Below, one piece after another: positions 48,302 to 57,098 of a stretch of DNA of 59,186 nt. Numbering within the stretch: position 1 is the first letter of the stretch; each line of letters begins with the position of its first letter. Both the position numbers and the translations under genes were made by a program. The stretch is from an uncultured Thermomicrobiales bacterium. GTDB lineage: Bacteria > Chloroflexota > Chloroflexia > Thermomicrobiales > UBA6265. Location of the stretch: NCBI GenBank assembly GCA_902806325.1, contig CADCWE010000225.1, forward strand, positions 1 to 59,186. The letters are read 5' to 3'. The notes under the pieces were generated by a model. It ran no database searches and was not told the DNA's origin. It saw only the letters and a program-made list of their open reading frames with translations.

Positions 48302-49129
48302 TTAGATCCGCACCGCGACGCGGCGCAGGCGCTCGATCGGCACCTGGCGGCGGCGCCTGGCCGTGAACGCGGCGACCGTGTCGATGCCGCACAGTTCGAG
48401 CATGTCCAACGTCTTGGCGATGCCGGCACCGACGGTTTGGGCGGCGTGGGAATCGGTGCCGATGGTGATCAGGCGACCACCGGCATCGGCGTACCAGCGC
48501 ACCACCGCCGGCCCCGGCATGCTGGTCTTTGGGGTTTGGCGCAGGCCAGAGGTGTTGATCTCGAACGCGACGCCGCGCGCGATCATCGCCGCGAAGATCG
48601 GGCGCAGGCGGTCCCGGTAGCGGGCGGGGTCGTAGTCGCGATGGCTGGCGGGGGCGTACCGCTTCGGCAGATCGAGGTGACCGATGGTGTCGAACCAGCC
48701 GGTCTCGACCGCCGCCTGCACCTGGTCGAAATAGGGCAAGAAGATGTCGTCGGCGGACTTCCCGTCGAACGCTTCGGGAAAGATCAGGCTGCCGTCGGCC
48801 TGGTAGTGGCACGACCCAATCACTAGGTCATAGCGGTGGCCGTGTCGGCCGAGGAACGCCTCGACCTCGGGCGCGATCTTGCGGTTGAAGTCCATCTCCA
48901 CCCCGGCCAGCACCGTCAACCGGTCGCCGGCCTCGTCGCGGACCCGGGCGATCGCCTCGAAGTAGGCGTCCGGCCGGTAGTAGCCGAAGCCGGGGTCGGC
49001 CGGTTCGTGGTCCAGGTGATCGGTGAACGCGATCTCGGTCACGCCGCTGGCGATCGCGGCCCGGCACGACTCGATCATCGGCACCCGGCAATCGACAGAG
49101 AACTCGCTGTGGACGTGATAGTCGAACAT
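48302..49129 (-). CDS. histidinol-phosphatase, PHP family (HisJ/HisK type)
   Basis: MFDYHVHSEFSVD..., TDH, E(M)D, H..., DSH metal-ligand pattern of PHP histidinol phosphatases. Confidence 0.85.
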   Translation of the reverse strand: MFDYHVHSEFSVDCRVPMIESCRAAIASGVTEIAFTDHLDHEPADPGFGYYRPDAYFEAIARVRDEAGDRLTVLAGVEMDFNRKIAPEVEAFLGRHGHRYDLVIGSCHYQADGSLIFPEAFDGKSADDIFLPYFDQVQAAVETGWFDTIGHLDLPKRYAPASHRDYDPARYRDRLRPIFAAMIARGVAFEINTSGLRQTPKTSMPGPAVVRWYADAGGRLITIGTDSHAAQTVGAGIAKTLDMLELCGIDTVAAFTARRRRQVPIERLRRVAVRI

Positions 49130-49146
49130 GGGGGCGGGGACCCTGT

Positions 49147-49174
49147 GCGGTAGGCGGTAGGCGGTAGGCGGTTC
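49147..49174. repeat. tandem heptamer GCGGTAG x3 plus GCGGTTC (minus strand CTACCGC x3)
   Basis: Direct reading. It lies in the predicted 5' leader of the histidinol-phosphatase gene. Confidence 0.9.
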
Positions 49175-49183
49175 ACTATACCA
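49175..49183 (-). promoter_or_regulatory. candidate extended -10 (TGGTATAGT) for the histidinol-phosphatase operon
   Basis: The minus strand reads ctggtatagtg, about 45 nt upstream of ATG 49129. Confidence 0.4.
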
Positions 49184-49201
49184 GTCGGGGGCTGAGGGGG
49201 G

Positions 49202-50473
49202 TTAGCGGAGGGCGAGTTCCTCCCGGCCCTCCTGGGTGGTCGGGGCCGAGCGGTCGGTGGCGCGGAGGACGGCCAGCGCGGCGAGGGCGGCCAGGACCGC
49301 GAGCGAGGCAAGGACCGGTTCGTAGCGGCCCCACCAGTCGCGCAGGACGCTGGAGCCAAGGGGGGCCGCCGCGCGGGCGACGGTGATCGCCAAGGCCAGC
49401 ACGCCGCTGATGCTGCCGTAGGCGTCGGGGCCGTACAGATCGGCCACCAGGGCGGCGCGGGCCGGCGTCACGGCGCCGACCCCGCAGCCGTAGAGGGCGA
49501 CGAAGATCCAGATCTCGACGCGCGATTCCGCCCGCAACAGGACGACCAACGAGACCGCCAGCATCCCGAACAGCAACCCGACCACCGCCCGGCGGGACAC
49601 CACCGAGCCCAACGGCGTGAATAGCAACCGTCCCGGCAGCGCCAGGAGGCCGACCAGGCCGGCGGCGGCGGCGGCGAACGGGGCGCCGAACCCCCGCTCG
49701 ATCAAGAACGGGACAAGATGGACCGTGACGGAGACGTACCCCAGCATCGCCAAGACATAGGCGCCCGCCAGCCAACGGAACGACGGGGCGCGCAGGGCCA
49801 CCGTCGCGGCGACGCTCCGCGGGACGGATCGGAGTGCCCCGGGCATCGCGGCGTCGCCCGGGTCGTCGCCGTCCGGCGCCAGACCGAGGTCGGCCGGTCG
49901 ACGCCGTAACAGGAGGGCGTGGGCCGGGATGGTGCCCACCCCGAGGACGACGGCCAGGACCACCAGCGCGCCGCGCCAACCGAGCTCCCGGTTCAAGCGG
50001 TCGGCGAGCGGGACAAAGATCACGCTCGCGAACCCGCCGCCGAAAGTCAGCGCCGTGAGCGCCCGCGATCGGTGGCGCACGAACCAGTTGGCGATCAGGA
50101 CGAACGCCGGTTCGTAGAAGGTCGCCGCCATCGCGAGGCCGATCCCGATCCAGGCGGCGTAGAACACCGGCAGCGTGTCCGCCACCGCCCAGAGCAGCAC
50201 GGAGGCGGTTCCGAGCACGGAGCCGAGGGCCATCGCCAGGCGCGGCCCGTGCCGGTCTAACCACCGGCCGAGCGGCACCGCCGCGATCCCGGAAACGAGC
50301 AGGGCCAGCGAAAACGCCCCGGTCATCGCCGTCCGAGACCAGCCGAGTTCGTCTCGCATTGGGGTCAAGAAGACGGCGAACGCGTAGTAGAGCACGCCCC
50401 AGGAGATTGTTTCCGTGACGGAAACGGCCACGACCTGGACCCAGCCGAAGTAGAGGCGCCGTGGGCGTGACAT
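49202..50473 (-). CDS. MFS transporter (12 TMS)
   Basis: ATG 50473 (MSRPRRLYFGWVQVV...) was chosen within the longer ORF 49202-50809. Typical MFS loop GRWLDRHGPR. Confidence 0.85.
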   Translation of the reverse strand: MSRPRRLYFGWVQVVAVSVTETISWGVLYYAFAVFLTPMRDELGWSRTAMTGAFSLALLVSGIAAVPLGRWLDRHGPRLAMALGSVLGTASVLLWAVADTLPVFYAAWIGIGLAMAATFYEPAFVLIANWFVRHRSRALTALTFGGGFASVIFVPLADRLNRELGWRGALVVLAVVLGVGTIPAHALLLRRRPADLGLAPDGDDPGDAAMPGALRSVPRSVAATVALRAPSFRWLAGAYVLAMLGYVSVTVHLVPFLIERGFGAPFAAAAAGLVGLLALPGRLLFTPLGSVVSRRAVVGLLFGMLAVSLVVLLRAESRVEIWIFVALYGCGVGAVTPARAALVADLYGPDAYGSISGVLALAITVARAAAPLGSSVLRDWWGRYEPVLASLAVLAALAALAVLRATDRSAPTTQEGREELALR

Positions 50474-50826
50474 CCGGGTCGTTGCCTCCGAGGACTGCCC
50501 GCTCTTGGGCGACACCGGATTCCGGATCGGTTGGCGCGCTCTTGCGCACAGGAGCACCCCGGCCACCACAAGATTGGCCCGTATCCGGAATTGGGCCGGT
50601 CTGCGACACGGGCGACCGCGAAGGATCGCCGCGACGAACGGGATGACGGCGATCGACCCCCCTGGGGTGTCGAGCTGCACCGCCCAGATCGGGCGGAGCG
50701 ATCCTTCATCGTCGCCCGTTCCCCCCGCGACGCCAGGCCAAGGGCAAGCCCCGGCCGAGAACGTGGTTCGCGACCGTGTCAGGATCGCATCCCTTGCCAT
50801 CGCCAACAACCGCCGCCGCCCTGCAC

Positions 50827-50855
50827 TTGCGATTATTGATCCGAAACTCTAGAAT
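50827..50855 (+). promoter_or_regulatory. sigma-70-type promoter TTGCGA-17nt-TAGAAT for cysK
   Basis: An AT-rich patch with an exact 17-nt spacer, about 50 nt upstream of ATG 50908. Confidence 0.5.
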
Positions 50856-50907
50856 AACGTCGACAACCGGCTACGCCGTCGCTCCCGATCCTCCGAAAGG
50901 GCCTTCC

Positions 50908-51939
50908 ATGGTAACCACCCTCGACCGACCGACGCTGCCCGCCTCCCCGGCCGACCTGGTTCGGATCGCGCGGCCGAGCATCGCCCACGACGCGACCCAA
51001 TTGGTCGGCAACACGCCGCTGGTGCGCCTGGCCCGCTTCGCCTCGAACACCCCGGCCGACCTGGTCGGCAAGCTCGAAAGCTACAACCCCGGCTATTCGG
51101 TCAAGGACCGGATCGGCGTCGCGATGATCGACGCCGCGGAGCGCGACGGCACGATCACCCCCGGCGTGACGACCATCGTCGAGCCGACCTCCGGCAACAC
51201 CGGGATCGCCCTGGCCTGGGTCGCCGCCGCCCGCGGCTACCGCCTGATCTTGACGATGCCGGAGAGCATGAGCCTGGAGCGGCGGATGCTGCTGCTCGGC
51301 TACGGCGCCGAACTGGTGCTGACCCCGGCCGCCGAAGGGATGGCCGGCGCCGTCCGGCGCGCCGAGACGCTGGTCGCCTCAACCCCGAACGCCTGGATGC
51401 CGCAGCAGTTCAACAACCCGGCCAACCCCGAAATCCACCGCCGTACCACCGCGGTCGAGATCTGGCAGGACACCGACGGCGCCATTGACATCCTGGTCGG
51501 CGGCGTCGGCACCGGCGGCACGATCACCGGCGCCGGGCAGGTGCTGAAGGCGTTGAAGCCGGGTCTCCAGGTCGTCGCCGTCGAGCCGGCGGAGTCGCCG
51601 ATCCTGGCCGGCGGACCGCCCGCATCGCACAAGATCCAGGGCATCGGCGCCAATTTCGTGCCGGAGGTGCTGGACCGCGACATCTACGACGAGATCATCC
51701 ACATCGACAGCCAAACCGCGATCGACGCCCAGCGCGAGTTGATGCGGACCGAGGGCATCCTGAAGGGCATTTCCTGCGGCGCCGCCGCCGCCGCCGCGCG
51801 ACAGGTCTCCCAGCGAGAAGAGAACCGGGGCAAGCTGATCGTCGTCGTCCTGCCAGACACCGGCGAGCGCTACCTGAGCACGGTCGCCTTCGCCGATCTG
51901 CGCGAGCAAGCATCGGCGATGACCGCGGCGACGGAGTAG
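50908..51939 (+). CDS. cysK: cysteine synthase A (O-acetylserine sulfhydrylase)
   Basis: [17 protein letters not shown] (PLP Lys), [10 protein letters not shown] and GTGGTITG motifs. Confidence 0.93.
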   Translation: MVTTLDRPTLPASPADLVRIARPSIAHDATQLVGNTPLVRLARFASNTPADLVGKLESYNPGYSVKDRIGVAMIDAAERDGTITPGVTTIVEPTSGNTGIALAWVAAARGYRLILTMPESMSLERRMLLLGYGAELVLTPAAEGMAGAVRRAETLVASTPNAWMPQQFNNPANPEIHRRTTAVEIWQDTDGAIDILVGGVGTGGTITGAGQVLKALKPGLQVVAVEPAESPILAGGPPASHKIQGIGANFVPEVLDRDIYDEIIHIDSQTAIDAQRELMRTEGILKGISCGAAAAAARQVSQREENRGKLIVVVLPDTGERYLSTVAFADLREQASAMTAATE

Positions 51940-51962
51940 GATCTGGGTGAATACGGGTTAAC

Positions 51963-52008
51963 GCGGGGCGGGGCGGGGCGATCGTGCCCCGCCCCGCCCC
52001 GCCCCGCG
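51963..52008. terminator. bidirectional GC hairpin built from G4/C4 runs
   Basis: gcggggcggggcgggg (51963-51978) pairs with ccccgccccgccccgc across the loop cgatcgtg. It lies between the convergent cysK and a small minus-strand ORF. Confidence 0.5.
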
Positions 52009-52015
52009 CTGTCGC

Positions 52016-52273
52016 CTAACCCTCCGCGAGCGCGTCTTCGGCGTAGGGGATGCGCAACGCCGCGCCGTCGGGCACCAACTCACCTGGCGCGGGCACGTCG
52101 CCGACCGCAGGAACCCACCGACCGCCGCGGCCGGCAAGGAGCGCGTCGACGGCCCGGGGCGGCAACGGGAGGCCGAGTTCGCCCCGGCTGTAGACGTGGA
52201 CGCGGCCTTCGCACTCGACCAGATAGACGCCGGGGCCGCCGGCATCGAGGCGGTAACGGATCGCGCAGTCCAT
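52016..52273 (-). CDS. small hypothetical protein (85 aa)
   Basis: MDCAIRYRLDAGGPGVYLVECEGRVHVY... looks like a plausible small beta-rich protein. No recognisable family, so coding status is uncertain. Confidence 0.4.
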   Translation of the reverse strand: MDCAIRYRLDAGGPGVYLVECEGRVHVYSRGELGLPLPPRAVDALLAGRGGRWVPAVGDVPAPGELVPDGAALRIPYAEDALAEG

Positions 52274-52618
52274 CTCAACCCTCCGCGCGGGAATGGCGGG
52301 CGGCGCCCGATGCGGGGAGCAGCGGCCGCGGCCAGCGGCGTTCGACGGCACGACATCAAGCACCAGGAATGTCGTCTATCCTACCACCGCGACGACGCGT
52401 TGCCCGTCCCCCCATAAGTCATGGCCCGCCGGCCGCGAGTCCGGGCGGCGCTACCGGCGCCCGGTCGTCGTCATGTTTTCGTGACAAAGCCGCGAATCCC
52501 CGGTGACATCCGCGTGGTACCGTACCGCGAAGCACTCGGCGCGGGTCGAGGGTGATTCCGACGTGCCCAGTTCCTGGGCGCAACGCGCCGCTCCGGCGGC
52601 GGTTGGGGTACGGGGCCG

Positions 52619-53365
52619 ATGGGACGCATCCTGGTCGTCGAAGACGAGACCGACCTCAACGACCTGATCACCCGCCAACTGCGCCAGGAGGGCCACGAGG
52701 TCTACCAGGCGTTCGACGGCGAGGCGGGGGTCAACGTCGCCGGGTCGGTGGCGCCGGATCTGGTGGTGCTGGACTGGATGCTGCCCAAGCTCGACGGCCC
52801 GGCGGTCTGCCGCAAGCTGCGCGAGCGCTCGGTGACCCCGATCCTAATGCTGACCGCGCGGGGCGAGGAAGCCGACATCGTGCTCGGGCTCGAGGTCGGC
52901 GCCGACGACTACCTCACCAAGCCGTTCCGGATGCGCGAGCTGCTGGCCCGCGTCCGCGCGATCCTGCGCCGCAACGCCCTCATCGAAGCCGAGCAAGAAA
53001 AGGGCGCCGACGCCGACGCCGCGGCCTCCGATACGGTGCGTGTCGGTTCGATCGCCGTCAGCATCGAGATGCGAACCGCGACCATTGGCGACGAGGAGCT
53101 GGATCTGACCCCGAAGGAGTTCGACCTGCTGGCGCTCTTCCTCCGCAACCCCGGGCGCGCCTTCAGCCGCGACTACCTGCTGGAGCGGGTCTGGGGCGAC
53201 GACTACTACGTGACCGACCGCACGGTCGACACCCACGTCCAGCGACTGCGCAAAAAGATGGGCGACGAGGCGGAGTCGATCCGCACTGTCTGGGGGATCG
53301 GCTACAAATTTCAGCTCCAAGCCCAACCCGGCGCGACCCAACCTCCGGTCAACGCGACCCCGTAA
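52619..53365 (+). CDS. OmpR-family response regulator
   Basis: Receiver domain (ILVVEDE..DLVVLDWMLP..TAR..KPF) and a winged-helix output domain (LTPKEFDLL..VDTHVQRLRKK..GYKF). Confidence 0.93.
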   Translation: MGRILVVEDETDLNDLITRQLRQEGHEVYQAFDGEAGVNVAGSVAPDLVVLDWMLPKLDGPAVCRKLRERSVTPILMLTARGEEADIVLGLEVGADDYLTKPFRMRELLARVRAILRRNALIEAEQEKGADADAAASDTVRVGSIAVSIEMRTATIGDEELDLTPKEFDLLALFLRNPGRAFSRDYLLERVWGDDYYVTDRTVDTHVQRLRKKMGDEAESIRTVWGIGYKFQLQAQPGATQPPVNATP

Positions 53366-53406
53366 GTACGCGGGATGGGGCATCGGGCGACACGGGGGAG
53401 GACGCG

Positions 53407-55290
53407 GTGAACGGTCGCAAGGCCAACGGCGCGCTGCCGACCGGCGGACGAACCGGAGCCCCGGCGGTCGCCGGGGCACCCGCCATCGCTGGTCGCGCGG
53501 CGGGCGACGGTTCGGCCTGGGGCGGCGTCCGCTCCACCCTCCGCCGGTTGCGGGTGCTGCGCTATCTGACCCTGTGGCCGTTGTTCGAGCTTTCCGAGCG
53601 CCGGGCGCGACGAAGCCTGCGCTGGCGGCTCGCCGAATCCCACCTCGGTACGGTCTTCCTGAGCGTGATCGCGATCTCGGGGATCGGCGCCGCCGTCGTC
53701 GTCATCAGCGCCCTAACCGAGGACCCGGTGCTGAAGGAACCGGCCTCGGAGGCCAAAGACGTCGCCGATCTGCTCGACCGCCTCGGCTGGACGGCCGGGA
53801 TCACCGCCGACCCCGCGGGTGCCGAGCGGGTTTCGGTTCTGTTGAACGCCATCACCACGGGCGAGGTCGGCCCCAACTGGTTCGATCAGGACATCAACTT
53901 CACCGCCGACATCGGCCGCCGGTTCGCCAACATCGCCTCGATCTCGGTGGTCCGGCGGGAGCCGGGGGCGCCCGAGGGCGTGCCCCGGATCGAAGTGGTC
54001 GCGTCCAGCGACCCGACCTTGGTCGGCAACAACGCGATCCTGATCGGCGCCGCCGCCCTGGGCGTCGCCCAGAGCGCCCTCGACGGCGACACCAGCACCG
54101 CCAACAACAGCGTGATGCGGCGCAACGACGACGCCCTGGTCACCGGCGCCTATCCGGTCTGGGACCGCGCCGGTCCCGGCGAGGCGGACGACGCGGTGAT
54201 CGCCGCCGTCGTCGTCGACAAGCGCAAGCGGTCGCTGCCGACCGGCGGCGGCCTGGCGTTGCTCGCCCTGACCTACGTCGGCCAGATGGGGTTGACCATC
54301 GCCGCCCTAATCGGGATCCCGGCGATCCCGGTCGCCGCCATCGTCGGCATGCGCCGCGCCCGCGCGATCGCGCGGCCGATCAGCGAACTGGCCGACTGCG
54401 CCCGGACCTTCGCCGAAGGCGACCTCAGCACCCGGGTCGAGAACCTGGGCGAAGACGAGATCGCCGAACTCGGGGTCCGCTTCAACGCGATGGCCGACCG
54501 GCTCCAGATCTCGATGGCCGAGGAGGCCGCCCAGCGGCGCAAGGCCGAACAATTGCTGGCCGCGAACCGCGCCCTGGTCGCCAACGTCTCGCACGAGCTG
54601 CGGACGCCGGTGGCGTTGGTTCGCGGCCACCTCGAAGCCCTGGCCACCGAACCGGAACGCCAGCACGAATACACCAGGATCGCGCTGCGCGAGACGGATC
54701 GCCTGGAGCGGTTGGTCAACGACCTGTTCCAACTGACCCGCCTCGAGGTTCAGGAGACCAAACCGGAACGCGTCGCGTTCGACGCCGGATCGGCGGTGCG
54801 CGAAGCGGCCGAATCGTTGGTCGAACCCGCCCGCCGCGAAGCCGGAATCACGCTCATGACCGAGATCGGCGGCGGTGACCTGCGCGCCGTCGGTGACCGC
54901 GCCCGGCTTGTCCAGGTCCTCCAAAACCTGATCCGCAACGCCATCCGCTACACCGCCGAAGGCGGGATTATCCTCCTCGGCACCCAACTCGAGGCCACGC
55001 GCGTCGTCGTCACCGTCCGCGACACCGGCGTCGGTATCGCGCCGGAGGACCTGCCCCACGTCTTCGACCGCTTCTACCGGGGCGACCAATCGCGCAACCG
55101 GGGCTCCGGCGGCGCCGGTCTCGGCCTGGCGATCGCCCGTCAACTGGTCGTCGGCATGGGCGGCACCATCGCCGTCGAGAGCGAGGTCGGCGAAGGCACC
55201 GTGTTCACGATCCGGTTGCCGATCGCGGAGGGGACGGGCTCGGCCGACGGCGGATTGGGGATCGGGAACGAGACGGCGGGTGCGGCGTAG
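53407..55290 (+). CDS. sensor histidine kinase (2 TM segments, large extracytoplasmic domain, HAMP, HisKA, HATPase_c)
   Basis: H-box SHELRTP, N-box NLIRNAIRYT, G-boxes DTGVGI and GGAGLGLAI. The GTG 53407 start is tentative. Confidence 0.88.
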   Translation: MNGRKANGALPTGGRTGAPAVAGAPAIAGRAAGDGSAWGGVRSTLRRLRVLRYLTLWPLFELSERRARRSLRWRLAESHLGTVFLSVIAISGIGAAVVVISALTEDPVLKEPASEAKDVADLLDRLGWTAGITADPAGAERVSVLLNAITTGEVGPNWFDQDINFTADIGRRFANIASISVVRREPGAPEGVPRIEVVASSDPTLVGNNAILIGAAALGVAQSALDGDTSTANNSVMRRNDDALVTGAYPVWDRAGPGEADDAVIAAVVVDKRKRSLPTGGGLALLALTYVGQMGLTIAALIGIPAIPVAAIVGMRRARAIARPISELADCARTFAEGDLSTRVENLGEDEIAELGVRFNAMADRLQISMAEEAAQRRKAEQLLAANRALVANVSHELRTPVALVRGHLEALATEPERQHEYTRIALRETDRLERLVNDLFQLTRLEVQETKPERVAFDAGSAVREAAESLVEPARREAGITLMTEIGGGDLRAVGDRARLVQVLQNLIRNAIRYTAEGGIILLGTQLEATRVVVTVRDTGVGIAPEDLPHVFDRFYRGDQSRNRGSGGAGLGLAIARQLVVGMGGTIAVESEVGEGTVFTIRLPIAEGTGSADGGLGIGNETAGAA

Positions 55291-55368
55291 GTGGCGCGGC
55301 GAGGGCGGGGCGCGCCGCCGCGCATCCCACCGCCCAACGACGCGATCCGGCCGGTGGCATCGCCGCTC

Positions 55369-56160
55369 CTATTCGCCATCCGGTTCCAGGTAATCTACGT
55401 CCCAAACATACGGATACGCCGATCCCCGGTTGCCCCGTTGCAACAGCCGCACCAGCGCGAGCCGGTCCTCCGGATCCAGTGCCAGGCGCTGCGCGGCGTG
55501 CAGCGCCGCCAGGCGGTCGCGATCCAAGCCGTGGCGCTCGGCGAGCAGGCGGCGCAGTTCCGTCCGCCGCTCGTGGGCCACGTCGCGCGCCGCCCCTAGG
55601 GTTCCAAGCAGCGGTTTCACGGACTCCCGGTCGGTCGCGGTCGGCACCACCAACAGGTGGGTCACCGCCGGTTCGCCGGTCAGGATGAACCAGGCGCGGC
55701 ATAGGTCTTCGGCAAATCCGGCTTCCGGCGGTTGGAGCGCGGCGGCGCCTTCGACGATCACGACCTGGGCGGTCGCCGCGTCGCTCTCGTCGCCGCGGAC
55801 GAAGGTCGCCGCCTCGATCCCGTAGAACGGACCGAGGGTGGCGCGGGCCAACAGTTCGGCCGTGCCGCTGCACTCGTAGAGGCGCACCGGCGTCCGGTCG
55901 ACGCCGTCCGGCCGGACCGGCGCCCGCATCGCCACCGTGCCCGCGTTCCCGGCCACCACCGCGATGTCCGGCACGATGCGGTGGGTCTGCCGTAGGTGGG
56001 CGATCTCCGCCGCCGGAAGCAGCGCGGCGGCGTCCGGTTCGACCGCCGCCGCCGCCAACGCCGGCGAAACCTCGAACGGAACCCCGGAGGGCACCCACGA
56101 CTCCGTCAGCGGGATCACGAACGGCGCGGTGGCCAGGGTGTCGTGGAGCAGCAGGCGCAC
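55369..56160 (-). CDS. MqnA/MqnD-like (DUF178, PBP-type fold) protein, possible chorismate dehydratase
   Basis: 263 aa. The N-terminus MRLLLHDTLATAPFVIPL and the central ..YECSGTAELLARATL..VIVEGAAAL..DLCRAWFILTGEPAV resemble MqnA by eye. Not verified. Confidence 0.45.
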   Translation of the reverse strand: MRLLLHDTLATAPFVIPLTESWVPSGVPFEVSPALAAAAVEPDAAALLPAAEIAHLRQTHRIVPDIAVVAGNAGTVAMRAPVRPDGVDRTPVRLYECSGTAELLARATLGPFYGIEAATFVRGDESDAATAQVVIVEGAAALQPPEAGFAEDLCRAWFILTGEPAVTHLLVVPTATDRESVKPLLGTLGAARDVAHERRTELRRLLAERHGLDRDRLAALHAAQRLALDPEDRLALVRLLQRGNRGSAYPYVWDVDYLEPDGE

Positions 56161-56197
56161 GATCGCTTCCCTTCCTCCGGGCTCGCCGGGGATGGGG

Positions 56198-57028
56198 TCA
56201 CCCGGGCGAAAAGCGCGGATAGGACCCGAAAATCCAGAGCGTGGCGCAGCGTTCCTCGACCCGGGTCAGCGCGTCGGCCACGGCCGGGTCGCCGCGGTGT
56301 CCTTCCAGATCGACCAGAAAGACGTACTTGCCGAGGCCGCCCTTTGTCGGGCGGCTCTCGACCTTGGTCATCTGCAACCCCTGATCGGCGAAGACGACCA
56401 GGATCTCCAGCAGGGCACCGGGCACGTTTGCCTTGACGGTGAAGCCGAGCGAGGTCTTGTCGGACCCGCTCGGCGGCGCGTCCTCCGGTCCCAGAACGAC
56501 GAACCGGGTCTCGTTGCCGTCGGCGTCCTGGATGTCTTCGGCCAGGATCGTCGCCCCATAGCGTTCGGCCGCCCGCGCCGGACCGATCGCGGCGCGGGTC
56601 GGGTCGCCGCCGGTGGCAACCGCTTCGACCGCACCGGCCGTGCTCAGCGCCGCTTCCCGCTCCACGTGCGGCAGCCACCGATCGAGGAAGCGCCGGCACT
56701 GACCGAGACCCTGGGGATGGGACGTCACCAGGGTGATTGCTTCCAGGGTGGCGCCCGGCGCCCCCGCCAGGACGTGGCGAACCGGGACCACGACCTCGGC
56801 CTTGATCTTGAGTTTGGTTTGGTGGATCAGCAGGTCGAGGACCGGGGTGACCTGCCCTTCGAGCGAGTTCTCGATCGGCAGCACGCCGTCCGCCACCTCG
56901 CCCCCCTCGACGGCCGCCACCACCGCCGGAAAACTCGCCACCGGCACCAACGCGGCGGCCGGCCCCGCGTACAGCAGCGCCGCTTCCTCGCTAAAGGTGC
57001 CCGGTGGTCCCAGATACGCCGTCGTCAT
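56198..57028 (-). CDS. pheA: prephenate dehydratase (PDT plus ACT domains)
   Basis: YLGPPGTFSE, TRF and ESRP motifs. ATG 57028 was chosen, with SD GGGAGGG upstream. Confidence 0.92.
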   Translation of the reverse strand: MTTAYLGPPGTFSEEAALLYAGPAAALVPVASFPAVVAAVEGGEVADGVLPIENSLEGQVTPVLDLLIHQTKLKIKAEVVVPVRHVLAGAPGATLEAITLVTSHPQGLGQCRRFLDRWLPHVEREAALSTAGAVEAVATGGDPTRAAIGPARAAERYGATILAEDIQDADGNETRFVVLGPEDAPPSGSDKTSLGFTVKANVPGALLEILVVFADQGLQMTKVESRPTKGGLGKYVFLVDLEGHRGDPAVADALTRVEERCATLWIFGSYPRFSPG

Positions 57029-57086
57029 CGCGCCCGATCCCTCCCACCGGGATGCTAGGCCACCGGCCCCCCCGCGTCCATCCCCG

Positions 57087-57092
57087 TATACT
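57087..57092 (+). promoter_or_regulatory. -10 hexamer TATACT only 6 nt before the thpR ATG (leaderless candidate)
   Basis: TATACT at 57087-57092 and ATG at 57099. No SD can fit between them. Confidence 0.4.
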
Positions 57093-57098
57093 GGTCGG

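Noticed and set aside
51961-52010. G/C pentamer repeats, and the two heptamer arrays (1474-1500 and 49147-49174), considered as CRISPR-like or minisatellite arrays.
   Set aside because: The units are only 5-7 nt long, directly abutting with no spacers, and present in 3-4 copies. They are not CRISPR. They are reported as simple tandem repeats or hairpin components instead.
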